Both the position numbers and the translations under genes were made by a program. Below are positions 50,658 through 63,402 of a DNA stretch of 64,000 bases, one piece after another; positions within the stretch are counted from its first letter, which is position 1; the number at the start of each line of letters is the position of its first letter. This DNA is from Macrostomum lignano. Taxonomy: Eukaryota. The stretch is from assembly GCA_002269645.1 (NCBI GenBank), contig NIVC01001700.1:262394-326393 (forward strand), read 5' to 3'. The notes beneath the pieces are model-generated. The model did not search any database. It worked only from the letters and a program-made list of their open reading frames with translations, and had not been told where the DNA came from.

Positions 50658-53600
50658 TTAAGCGTCCAAATTGTGATAGTCCACACCTAGTTGCTTGTGG
50701 CCCTCTGCCAGAATGTCGTGGATCAGTTGGCACTCCTTGTGCGACAATAGCGGACTTTCTGTTAGGCCTGCGTGTGCATCAGAAATATGCGCAAATTTAG
50801 GCCTAAATTCACATTAGTAAAACGCGTCTAAACTTCCCGCCAAAGGTTTAACTTTTCTTTTAGGCCGAGTGCGTATTAAATTGCCAAAACGTGCTTCTCG
50901 CTGGGTGCAGATCTGTTGCCAGAACTTATAATAGAGCCCTCAAAACCATTTTGCAATCTAATGAAAAAATTATCAATAGCATTGCTTACCTTTTTCCAGG
51001 CACTCTTTGACATGGTTAGCCTCGTACAGAAGGCCACCGCTTTCAAAGAAGTTGAACTTGTCGCCCTGACGAACCGGCGGTGTCGGCATGTGTATCAGCT
51101 CTCCGTTAAGAGTCAGCTTGGTGGGACACCAGAAATAGTCTTCCAGCTGTAGTAAAAGCAAGGACAAGATTGAAGTTTTTGCACTATTTTGCAGAAAGCA
51201 AAATCGCGACTGAATTCTGAATGGAGGTACCTCTTCTGAGGCCTTGACTAGCCTAAGCATAGAGTTTTTGAGATATTAAAGAATATGCTTAAATATACAG
51301 TATTCGAGGAGAATGGTTACCTTAGCGCTGCCTTTGTCACCAAGCACAAGGGCAGTGGTTGCTGGTCCACTGTCTCCACTCCAGGTCAGAGAGGCAAGAC
51401 GGTTGTCAGAGTATCTACAACCAAGTTTAAATATAATAAAGATATAATAAAACAGCTTATCAATACACTAACAAACATGAGCAGGTTTGGTGAAAAAGTA
51501 CTTTTAATAGTTTCCTGATACGTGTCCATAACTAGTATTAGCATATTACAATTAACCTACTTAATAATAATACCGCCGCTCCGGTCTACTCCAGTTTCAT
51601 TAACGTGGCCGGCCACCGTCACGGACAGCGGCTTCTCCCCGCCGTACACCCAGCTGGCCAGGTGCACCAGGTACGCGCCGAAGTCGCAAAGCGTCCCACC
51701 GCCAAGTTTTTTCTCTTTAAGGCGCACAACCTCGGGTACCGGCAAGCAGAAGTTGGCCTGCACGAGTCGCACGGTGCCCAACTCGCCGTTCGTCACGGCC
51801 TGACGCAGACGCGAGTAGGCGGGAAAGAAGCGGCTCCACAGAGCCACCATGAGGAAGCGGCTGGTGGACTTGGCCAGCGCCAGCAGCTCGGCTGTCTGCT
51901 CTGGCAGCAGAGTCAACGGCTTCTCGCACAGCACGTGCTTGCCAGACTTGAGAAAGTGGCGCGCATGCTCGAAGTGCATGTAGGTCAGACTGCCGATGTA
52001 AACCACATCTGCAAAATGAGGTGACCGATTAAATGCTTTGTTTCAATTGGTTTACGCCAAAGATAGAATAATTGAATAATAAAATAGCTTGATGAAACTT
52101 AAACGCTCAAGCCAACACCTGCGTGCGTAATGTGCATTCGAAAGTGCTAGCCAAGGACCTGTTTTTTATTTCTTACTACTTATATCAGCTGCCTCAAACG
52201 TGAACTGTAAAGTAGAAATTGCCCAAATCACGCAGGTTCTAAGAACTACTAACATAAATAAGAGTGTATTATGATTCTTAAATGCAAACGCAGAGGGTGC
52301 TGATTTTTTACATTTTATGATATTTCAGGAAAAGTAGTTACTACAGTTACTACTAGTGGACACTGACGGATGCCCTGAAAAAAACAGCTGGACGCCGCGC
52401 ACCCTGAGATGCTGCATTCTGCGTTCGACGTGCGCTGCGGCCCGGGCTCGAAGTCCAACGCCGAGCTCTACGCTAGGGCTCGCCTAACGCGGCCTTCTGA
52501 CCTGCTGCGCGAGAGGAAGCGACTCAAGTTGGGGCTGGCCACGTCATCCACTTGCAGAGTTGCTGCCGCGAGCCGTTAGGTCTACACGACCTGTTGTTTT
52601 GGACGGCGTAGGGTCCGACGCGCTACTCTGAGTTGCTTCTGAGGGATGCAAGAGCCCTCGTTCTGACTCTGACTGGGGGAACTGACTGAGAAGTGGCCGA
52701 GAGTGTGGCTGGCGAGAGGTGTATTTTGTTTTTGTTGTTGTCTCTATCTTCTTGAGTCATAAGGTAAATACTCTATCCTCTGAAGTAGGATTTTTTAAAT
52801 TCGAAACTTTATTAAATATTTCCTTTTCAAATTTATCACGGGGAGCTCTATAAAAGTTTAAACTGCGCTTAAACATGAAGTGAACTTCACTTTTTACCCG
52901 CACATGGCACTTTGGGCAGGTCCTGTTCTCGTAAGGGATTTTTGGTCTCACAGTGCTCATTGTTTAGCATGCCAGTTCATGGTTGGCTAATATAAACTGT
53001 GTCAGGGTGCGATTAGACTTCGGTCCCAGGATCCCAGGTTCCAGGAAACGAAAGCCCCCAGGCCTTAGAAACGTAGAGGCAAATTAATCTGACTCTGAAA
53101 AACTCTACTCGTTTACGCTGTTTTTATCAAGTATCAACTCGGTTAAATTACATACTAGTAGCCACAGTTACGAGTTATCGGCTCATATTGCTGTAAATAA
53201 TAAACAATCTCTGGCCCGTCGTGCTCCGTTCCAGTTCTTTATCGCATAAGACGCCCGATTTCGGCCAGTTTAATCTGCCTGACCGTGACTGTCACTGTAC
53301 TAGGGGGTAAGGCCTATATATTTACCGTGTCACACAGTCCGATCGTTTGGCGTGATAGCTCCGCGCGACTCAGTAGGCGCGCCTGCTTCTCAGGGGTTGC
53401 TTTCACAAATGTTAAATTCACAATTAGTACCCAGCTCAGAGAGAAACACAACACGAGAACAATGGAGAGGAACAACGGCCTCCACACGAACTTGAACGAG
53501 GGCTGTCCCAAAGGTAGTTATATTAAAAACCAAATAACATCATTTTGCACAGATTTATAGCGGCAACTCTCTTCTTTATATTATCTTTAACATCATTTAA

Positions 53601-54769
53601 AACAGACAATGAAAACTAAATTCACAAACTAAAATGTAGCAGGACCTCGACCATAGACTTACAGTAAGTCAACAAGTTAACAAAATTTCGAAGTGGTAGC
53701 TCACAAACGGGTAACTGGCTGCAGTGAATGCTGCAAAATGACTGCGGTGAATGACTGCTAAGACCCATGAGCCGATTAAAGTTGAGCATGAATCTCGGCT
53801 CAACTGTGCCCCATCCCCTAAAGGGTGTATATCACACTCCTCTGAGCAACACTTGAATGAACATCCAAGACTTAAGTGCAGCAAAAGGTGGGAACAAAAA
53901 GCAATAAAGCTGAAATATTCTGTTGCTTTAAAAGCTATATGCTTCTCCAAGTTTTCCACAGATATTTTCTTTTCTTTTGTTTTTCACAGCAGCCTAAAAA
54001 ATAAGTCTGAGTGCATTCAATCAAAAGTACTTTCACTACTTTCGGCTAGCTTGTCGAATTACTGTAAGTCTACGGTCGAGGTCCCGCCACATCCCAGTTT
54101 ATAACTTTTGTTTCCATTAAAGGGAACGCAAGAGCCAATGCTCAAATCAAGGCATAAAAATTCTCAGCAGGCGGAGGGGGAGGGCCGCTGCACACAAGAG
54201 GGTAAGAAAGGACACAACGCAACCCCGCCAACCCCCCCCCCCGCGAATGCACAAAAGTGCACAGCCAGACCCCTCCAGGGTACAAAAACTGGTTTTCAAG
54301 TTTCACAAGTTTTCGCACTCTATAGTTTTTAAACCACCCCTTCTAAACAGCAGCATGTGTTTCATTGGCTATTCACTATAAGTTGCTGTAGTGCCTCGCC
54401 AGGCTTTATTTATTGCATTTTTTCATCCAGAAAGCCCAATTGACTTATGTTGTACTCCCAGACTACGAGTACCAAAACCATTTCTCCGCTAGCAAAAGAT
54501 GCAGAAGAAAACGAGATCAACAATTAGCAGCTAGAGGGGACTAATAAAAAATAAATAAGCTGCTCACCAACATCGGTACATGAACCAAGGGCTTCGCAGG
54601 AGTCCAGCACAGTTTTGATTCCAAATCGTGCAGCAAATTCTTTTGCCTTGTTTGGATCGCGAGCACCAATAGCAGCAATTGTATGATTTTCTGGACTCAA
54701 GCTAAGTGCATTTGCAAAGTCCTGTGAAATCAAGCCAGTGGCACAGATGCCCCAACGCAAAGGTGCCAT
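50658..54769 (-). CDS. DHDH: DHDH paralog B, 336 aa
   Basis: Exons: 54568-54769, 51561-52008, 51321-51414, 50990-51146, 50658-50767. Exon lengths 202/448/94/157/110 are identical to paralog A, with the same motifs (CEKP, GGGTLCDFGAY). Confidence 0.92.
52358..52740 (+). mobile_element. RTE-clade LINE 3' remnant
   Basis: Frameshifted WTLTDALKK/QLDAAHPEML.SAF...SNAELYARA.LTRPSDLLR/AGHVI....CREPL, followed by a TTG-rich tail. Confidence 0.75.
52757..52990 (-). mobile_element. L2/Crack/Daphne-type LINE ORF2 C-terminal remnant
   Basis: NHELAC*T...RPKIPYENRTCPKCH....EVHF matches the H.L..ETGR..IP.E.R.C..C...E.HF cysteine domain. Confidence 0.65.
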
Positions 54770-57364
54770 GTTTCACTTGAGTGCTGCAAGTTGAAATTAG
54801 AAGCTAAATTAATATTGCCATCAAACTAAGTAACAAGATTTATATACAAGTCAAGTAACAATACAATTATTTGCTTAATATGAAAGGGGCATAGACAAGT
54901 TCTAAGGGCCAGGTTAGTTTTGCATTATAGAGATGAAATTGCAATATAAATTTAATATGAAAATAAAATCAAGAAAAACAAAAAGAGCAACATAGTATAT
55001 ATCTAATAAGAAGTCAGCAGCCCTAATTTTTTATAATAGTAATAATCATATATAATGAAGTGATTTTCTTCTATAAGACTAGTATGTTCTTTACTAGTAA
55101 AGATTAAGGTACCAATATTTTAGAATTGATAAAAAATTGACAGGTTAAGAGTTGCAGTCACTAATTTGCCTAATATAGTTAAGGTAATAAGATTATTTAG
55201 CTAATTAAGCTTTCATTGCATACAATCATAGCACTAAATTTCAAGGGCCTATACGATTATATAAGTTAAGCATAAATATATTCCCTAAGATAGTAAAAGA
55301 AATGATAGTCATAAAGGCAATTGGCTTCTTTATCATTTGATTGGTAAACTTAATAAGCAAGACTATAAATAAAGTTTATAATGAACAAATTCTAGACTGA
55401 CTTTTAAATTACTACCTAATGCAACCAAAGTAACAAATAAAAAAATTATCTCTTGCCTCGTAACAATGCACTAATCTAATGTTGCTATGTCTGTTTTGGC
55501 AGTTTGCCATTGCTAATTAATAGTAGAGGCCTAGAAGATGATATATAACTAGGTGCATAGCTGAGATTCATATTAGGAAAGAGGACAAAGACAAATCCAT
55601 TTCCAATGGAAGCAATAGAAGCAAAATACAAAGGCAAAAAAATTGCTTTCTAGGGAGACATGTCCCTAGTGCCCCCCTCCTTTGGCTATATCTTAACATA
55701 TAGGCCTAACCAAAATCTATTAAATAGATATGGCCTTGGCTTCCTAAGTGTGCACTCCTGCTTAGACTTAATTTATAGTCTAGACTCCATTTGTAGTCTA
55801 TTCTAATCCTTGAAATCATACTTGTTATTTGTGCTAAAGGTACAAGAACAAAAAGAGAACAACCAAGTAGGGCCTAGCAATTTTTATTATAATATAAGTC
55901 CTTTAAGGCTCCTAGAGTAAAATAGCTTAGATCCATTTACTAGACCAAAGTACTAAGAAGAATAGCTAGAGACCAAGGAAGGTCTTACAGATAACCAAAA
56001 AATTATTAGCTTGTACTATATCAAGCATTAAATAGTAATTTAATTAGGATTATTAGAATAATATATAGGCATAACATAGGCATAGCCTCATACTCTCATA
56101 GCATAGGCCTAAAATAAATAACTTTGATTCATCATATTATAGGCATACAATTTAAAAAAACTTCCATATATTCAACCTTGTATTAGGTTAGTTTAAAGTT
56201 AAAAAAAATATATATAAAAATATAAAAATATATATATATTATATATATTTTTGATACAAGATATTCTACAAGATAGCAAAAAATAAATGTTAGGCCTATT
56301 AAACATCTAGTTTGACTAAAGTATAAAAATATTTATTAAAAAAACTATCTAATTCTCTTTTTAGGCCCTATAAAACTTCAAATATAGTGAAACTAGACTC
56401 ATTTAAAAATAAATAAACTTAAAATGAAGGAAGATAAAATAGAACCTTAAAGAATTTACATTAAAATTAAGTTTTATTTTATTGCAAGCTTTACCTTTAT
56501 TCTTATCTATTAGGCCTATCATTTTCATTGCAGCAAAATATTTACTTTTGTAAATTTGTCAACCAAGTTGAGGTTGGCTGACATAATAGGCCTAGGACAG
56601 GTCTGGTCAGTCTAGCGATCTACACCACTGTACATACACACTTATTTCTATTTAATAGTATTATATTACTATATGATTAGATAGTAGAATCCCTGGTAGG
56701 CCAGTGCGCTTGATTTTTCAAAAAATCAAATGGTTTTGAAGAGTTTTCAAGGTAGAATACCGGGTTTCACCCTATCCTATGCTACCTAATGCATGTGGAG
56801 TGGACCATGCGCTGGTCCAGACCCGGCCCATTGCTACATGGCTACATTGCTAATATATTGGCCAAACAGGCTAATTGCCTGAGCCAAATTCTCTTACTAC
56901 TCTCTTACTCTCTAACTCTAACTCTAACTCTTACTACTACTAACTCGCGGCAAATCGTCTTTATAAACTTCTATTTCGAAAACTTTTCCAAATACATAGC
57001 TCTATAATATATTGGCCAAACAGGCTAATTGCCGAGCCAAATTCTCTCTCTCTCTTACATGGAGGACAGCTAGTAGTAGTGTTTGTGTTTTGTTTGAGAC
57101 GTTTTACAAAAAGGTCAATTTGCTTATTTTTCTCAAGTTTGCTTTAGTAAATAAAAGTTTAGCTGTTTTCATTTTTTACCTTGATTTTTCAAATTAGTAA
57201 TTTATTTGTTAATTTAGACACACCTTATCACCTGGAACAAATTTAAAATTTTACCCTGTGGGCCAATTAAACTTAATACGTACTGATCGAGCTGCTTCTC
57301 TCATTGCGTCGCGTGTACTGCTGTGTTGGTTCGTGGCGGCTCCTATCTGTGTATGCGCACGTGT

Positions 57365-58885
57365 TTCTCAACTCGTATCTGAACTATGTGGAAGATTAAA
57401 AAAATAGGCTGATCGTGTCCATGGTTCATGGAATCAAATGGTACTATTTCTATATTTTGATGCAAGTTTGTCTTCAGACTCTAGTTACTATTTTTTAAGT
57501 GCTCATTGGTTTTTTAAAGCTTAGTAGTCGTAGACTTGTCGATTACGAAAGTTAGGCCTACCCATTCGAGTATTTGAAATTTAGGGTCATAATTACATTA
57601 CATTAATGAGTTTTGCTGTTTTGTTAGGGCCTATGACAGTCTGTTAAACCTAGCTACTGCAAAATGTTCTACTAAGCTTATATTTTGAATTATCTTAATC
57701 TTGTAAGCTACACCAACATGTGCGCAAAACCGCCTGAGTTACAGTGGCCATGTGACTTACTTTTAGGCAAACAATTGCTTACCTATAAGAGAAACCTAAG
57801 CAAAAATTAATATTTTGAGTAAATGGCAAAGTTAGGCCTACTTTGACTGTATTATTAAGACTAAATGCCTCATAATCTAATTAGTACTGCTTTGTATTTT
57901 TTGGGTGGAAATTTTTGTGACTTAGGCCTACCTTGGCTCGTCCCTTTGCTAGCCAACTGGATTGGCTGGCTTGGCTGTATATTGCACATGTATATAGCTA
58001 TATCAACACAAGGGCTTTTACCACACATATTTTTATTGATAGTAAGCCTATTTGGTTTAAAATCTAGGTCTAATATGATGAAGATAAATTATAATATAAG
58101 TTAGAGTAGCTAAGTTGGATGACTTTATTGTAGCCAACCCCCATTTTGGTAGATACAAGGCCTATCTAGGGCACTTGGCAAAAACATGCTAGTGCTTAAT
58201 GCACTTTAGGAGCAAGTAACTAAGCTCACTCTTTTAAAAAATGTAGGCCTAGCTCTAGTGGTTAGTATGCTTTTAAAATATTAGTATACAATTATATTTA
58301 AAAACAAGAACATATAACTAACTATTTTAACTTATTAATTAAGTAAATAAACAGCTTAGCATAACAAACTTATGCCTGTTTTTTCAACTTATATTCAAAC
58401 TATTAATAGATAAAATCTATATTTAGCATGGAAATATCTTATTGATTGCTACTATATAGGTCAATAGATATTTTAAGTGTAGTGCAAGTATTTTTAACTA
58501 TAATATTCTAAATAAAAGGTTTTAAATACTTTTAAAAGCATTGAATACAGAATATACACAGAATATTCAATCACCAATTTCAAAAAATTCTTTCACAAGA
58601 ATTATATTCTATATTAGCTACTCTTATTGTGAAGAAAAAAATAAGTAGGCTGAATGGCACTTTGCTAATTCTTTGCCATTTGTTACTGGTTTGTCTATCC
58701 AAGATGGCTTTAAGAATGGCACTTGCCATAGATATATTGTAACACAATATAAATGTGTAAAATTGTGCATTTAATGCTAAAAGCATTCTCAACTCGTATC
58801 TGAACTATGTAGAAAATTAAAAAAATAGGCTGATTGTGTCCATGGTTCATGGAATCAAATGGTACTATTTCTATATTTTGATGCA
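57365..58885. repeat. 100-bp dispersed direct repeat (57365-57464 and 58786-58885)
   Basis: 97 of 100 positions identical by manual alignment. Confidence 0.9.
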
Positions 58886-59527
58886 TATAGAATGCTTAAA
58901 TGGCTTGTGATCGTGTATTGGCTAGAGTCATTTAATGCACAAGAAATATATATCCTGTCACAATACTACTCAATACTTGGTTTTTCTTGCTTAAATGTCT
59001 ATGGCACTCATGTGCTTCGCCCACACTGGTGACCTAGACACTCAAAACCAAGTATTGAATCCTATATTATAGCACAGCACACCACTCCCATTTTCTTTTA
59101 GGTAGACTACGAAGGGTATGATTCTGCCCTTCATCTTTGTATATGAAGCCACCTCCCTCAGTCCTTAATTTTATTGTTGAGAATGTATCTTCTGTGGTAT
59201 TGAATAGTATTTCTCTATAGTTTTATAGATAGATCAATCTTAGATATTTAAAATAGCTGTTTGTTTTACTATCAATGGACTTTTTAACTTTATTAAACCA
59301 AGTGTAGGCTAGAGGCTTTTTCCATTTAGTTTGAGATACTTTTGTGCTTGTACTAATATATGAGAAGCATTTGTTGGAAAGTTATTGCTTGTTACGAGTT
59401 TCTAGAATTTTAAATCAAAATTTAAGTGAAATTAGCTTATTGAGACAGTTCTAATAACGGCTTAGTTCATATTAATTACCCATTTCCCATAACTTCAGAA
59501 CAAATATTCAGCACCCCCAAGTAGCCA

Positions 59528-62500
59528 ATGAAGCGGGGCCACCATTTTCTGGCTTCATCAGCAGAGTCAGCTTACACAGGCTCCAGTGGACATAGTGGCA
59601 GTCACCAGCAGTCCAGCCAGTACAGCAGCATCTTGACTCCGCTGCGCTCGGCTGCAACTGTTTCTAGTGGAACAGTGGGCTCGAGTAGAAGCAGCGTCCA
59701 CCAACGTCCCCTGGATAGACACGCCCATCCAAGCTTTGCTGCTGCGCCAGGGCCGCCACCTGCCGCAGCTGATGGCAGCATCTTCAAATTCATGCCACCT
59801 TCGGCTGCTACTGGTAATTGATTTTTTAGCATGGCTGCCAGCCATACCTTGACACAGAACTAACAGCTTTAACGTTGCTAAATAGATGGAATTTTGTTAT
59901 TAAATTTTTTATTAATAAATAGAAGTACAACCGCAAGTTTAATCAGATCTGGGGTCACTAAAACAGTTTATAGTGTCATATTACTAACCTCATTTAGAAC
60001 CCCTCTTTTAACCCCACCTGATAGTCCCTCCGTAAGCCTCATTGAGTGTCCTTCTATGATCAGCGTTAAAAGTCTTGCTTTAATCCGCACTGAGAGTTCT
60101 ATGAAACCCAGTCCTATGAAGTGCTAGAGTCCTACGAATCCCATTGATTGTCATATATGATCCCATTGAGAGTCTTTGAACCCCATTGAGAGCTCCTCTA
60201 TAAAACCCATTAAAATTACTTCTGTAAGCCCCATTTAGATTCCCTCTATAAGCCAGATGGGAAGTAGCCCTCCATAACCTCATCGTGAGGCCTTGTCCAT
60301 TGCGATTCCCTCTATAAACCCTCCCTTCAAAAATTGCGTAATTACCCTCCAGAGCTCATCAAAAGTGGCCCTCTTCAGCCACAAACCTAATCAGCTAATT
60401 GCAAGTGCCACTTGATTTCCTAGGTCGGCAAAGCTCGTCGCAGTCTCGTCAGAGCCAACAGAGGCGGACAATGCCTCTAACTGATCCCGCGCGCTGCATG
60501 GCAATTAGCGAAGGCCGCGGCACCAAGTCACGTGACCTGGCTATCGCTGTACTGGACCTAGACTCGGATCGGTTGGACATTGTAAAACTGACTGACTGCC
60601 TGGCCTATCAGAAAACCCTCAGTTTGGTTTGTTGGTTTGATCCGGCGATTGTACTACTGCCTGACACGCTGTGCAACTCGGAAATTTACGAACTATTCCG
60701 CCTGCTGGCTGTGAAATTCCCCGCCTGCCGAATCGTGTCGGCCCCGAGAATACTGTTTAACGAAGCCGATGGACGAGCATTCGTTCGCCGAGTCTGCCAC
60801 CCGGACAGTCAGCCAGTGCTGCAGCAGCTGCCAGTGTGCAATTTCATATTCTATTCTTGCGCTGTGCTGCAGGCATTCGCCGAACTTCAATTGGACACCG
60901 TGTTCGGCGATGCCAGCGTTCGACTGGCTTACAATGCCCATTCTGCGTCGCTCATTATGGACTACGGCACGGCTCGGTGCGTGTCTAATTTGGGCTCTTT
61001 TGTAAACCAATGAAATCATTTTTGATAAGCAGAAGTGATACACGTATCCTGCTTACTTGTTGTTAGACGCCTTATAGAAATGCTTTGTTGGCAGGTCCAG
61101 CATCTATGCTGTACAGAAAATTTGTGTTTAAGTTATTCACATGGTGCATTAGTCCTTTCAAATCCGTTGGTCAGCCACGCTCTCCATAAACACTTTGTCT
61201 TTACTTCGTGGGCAATGCTAGCCGGAGATCTCAATTAATATCGTATTTAGAAATTGCCGAAGGTAGGCCCTGGTACCTGGTACCCATCTCGTGCCTTTTT
61301 GGTGTTTGGTATCGACGATCTGCGACATGTTGCTTGTCCAACAGCTAGAAGAGCCTAAATAAATATATTAATGAAGTTTAATAAATATTTAAATAAACAT
61401 GACAATTTATGAGTATTATGCCTTACATTTATAATATTAAAAGATTAAAGACATTGCTTGCTTGTATATATAAATAATGTATATTAGAAAATATCCATAT
61501 GAAACAATAAGCAATATACGTTTAAAATATGTCTCGCTTGCCAATTGCAAATTAGCTAGGTTGCAATAAGGGGAAGGGAAGAGATCGCTGACTTGTAGTG
61601 GAGAAGTAAGAAGCCAAATGTGGCGTTCCAATTATCATTAGGCAAATCATTAGGCACCCGTTATTTGCTGCAAATCATGTGTATATTTTTCTTTCTGTTG
61701 GTAGTTTCTTATCCCATCAGCTGGTTATATTTAATTCATTATAAAGTTGTGCAAAACAGCTCATAAATAGAGACAGTCTGCAGCACATAGCACAGGAGCG
61801 AACTCCGTCTGATCTGGCAAGCTATCTGAAATCATTCAGCCGCAGTAGCGGCAGCAGATGTAGCGCACCGAGCGGAGGCAACCCCCTCGACCTCAACGAC
61901 GCGTGCGGCATCTGCCGCTTTTTCGGGTGGTGGGCCCCGCTGGTGGAGTCGCGGGCTCGGTGGAGAGAAAGAGAGTGCTTTGCAATGGCAACGTTTTGCG
62001 GCCTAGCGCCAGAGTTAAGCGAGAACTAGAGTTTTGAGATTTTCCTCTTTCTCACATTTTCTCACAGATTAGCGAAATATGCGCAGCTATGCAGCAAGTG
62101 TGATTGATGGCACTTTCAATCAAACACTTTAATTAATTTTTCCGTGTTATTTTCGCCGCTTTGCCACTTTTATTATCATATTTTTCTGCCTGTTAGCAAC
62201 AGCTCGATGTGCTGCCCTGCTAAATTCCGACACTTCAGACAGCTCGAACTGGTGGAATCGCTGGATGGCCGCAGCGGAGGCCATCTGTTCGCCGTGCTCA
62301 ACTACACTCTGACTGGTGGCGGGGCCCGGCTGCTCCGAATGTCGCTGCTGCAGCCGCTAACCGATTTGGATTCGATTCGCACTAGGCAGGACTGCGTAGA
62401 GGAGCTGCGAACGAATCCGGCTGTACTACAGGTGAATGTCAAGGCGAAATCTAGCTCGCCTACTAACCCCAGTCTTCCCTTTCCCTATCCCCTATAGCTC

Positions 62501-63341
62501 CACGACTGCCGACTCTGACCCTAACCTAAACCCTAGACCTTAACCCTATTTTCGGCAGTTAACGTCGGGCTCCCTTCCTTCTCTTTGTAGACTGGCAGTT
62601 GGACTTCTCCTTCCCTTTTCCACCTGTTCACTGTCATTTTCTCATTTTTTATAAACTAGTTTTAACTTTTTAATAGCTTTCTGTGAAATTTCCTATTTAA
62701 AAAAACTTTCAAAGACGTGACATTTTCTGTTTGTCACAGCGCTTTTATCTCCCCTACTGACAGTAGTGCAGATAGCAAAAGTCAATCTAATTTCTTTTTG
62801 CTCATATTTATCTCAGTCATTGCGCGCCCAGTTGGCGGAGTTCTCGTACTTCAACTGCATCAACTCGCTGTGCCGACGCCGGTCTCGCATGCCGCCGACA
62901 ATCAACGTGGCTCGCACCCGAATTAACCGCATCATCTACCTGCACCACATGCTGGGCCGCCTGGACCCGCTCAGCCAGGCCCTCGCCCCCCTTCGGCATC
63001 CATTGTTCGCCAATTTCCGCCGGGCCCTGGACGAGCCAGCTCTGCCGCGGCTGCGCGCTCACTTCGAAGTGCTGGCCAACCCGGACATGCGCTATTCGCG
63101 CGGCCGCTTAACTATGCACGCGCAACGCATCGGCGCTGTCAGGCCCGGCGTCAACGACTCCCTAGATCGAGCTCGCCAGCTGTACGCCAGCCAGGTGGCG
63201 GCGGCGGAGCGGCTGGTTGCCGACCTGGCTGGCCGGCTGGGCCTCGAGGCTGCGCTTGCGCACTCAAAACTACGCGGCTTCCATGCGCAGTGCAGCCGGC
63301 AAGCGCTGGGCCAATTTCTCACCGAGCGACGAAAGCAAATA
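59528..63341 (+). CDS. MSH4: Meiotic MutS homolog 4, 5' exons; gene continues beyond the window
   Basis: Exons: 59528-59813, 60424-60976, 62239-62431, 62817 to about 63341 (last donor uncertain, 63341 or 63346). Peptides AISEGRG, LFNEADG, QLELV..LFAVLNYTLTGGGARLLR..LLQPL, IIYLHHML..LDPL, GAVRPGVNDSLDRAR, RGFH match the MSH4 domain II-III pattern. Confidence 0.85.
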
Positions 63342-63402
63342 GTTGAGTATTATCACAGCCTTGTTATATATTTAATGAGATTAGCCCGATTTAGTCAAGT
63401 AG

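Noticed and set aside
53285-53560. Possible further LINE fragment (ORF 53314-53511)
   Set aside because: The resemblance is too weak to support by eye.
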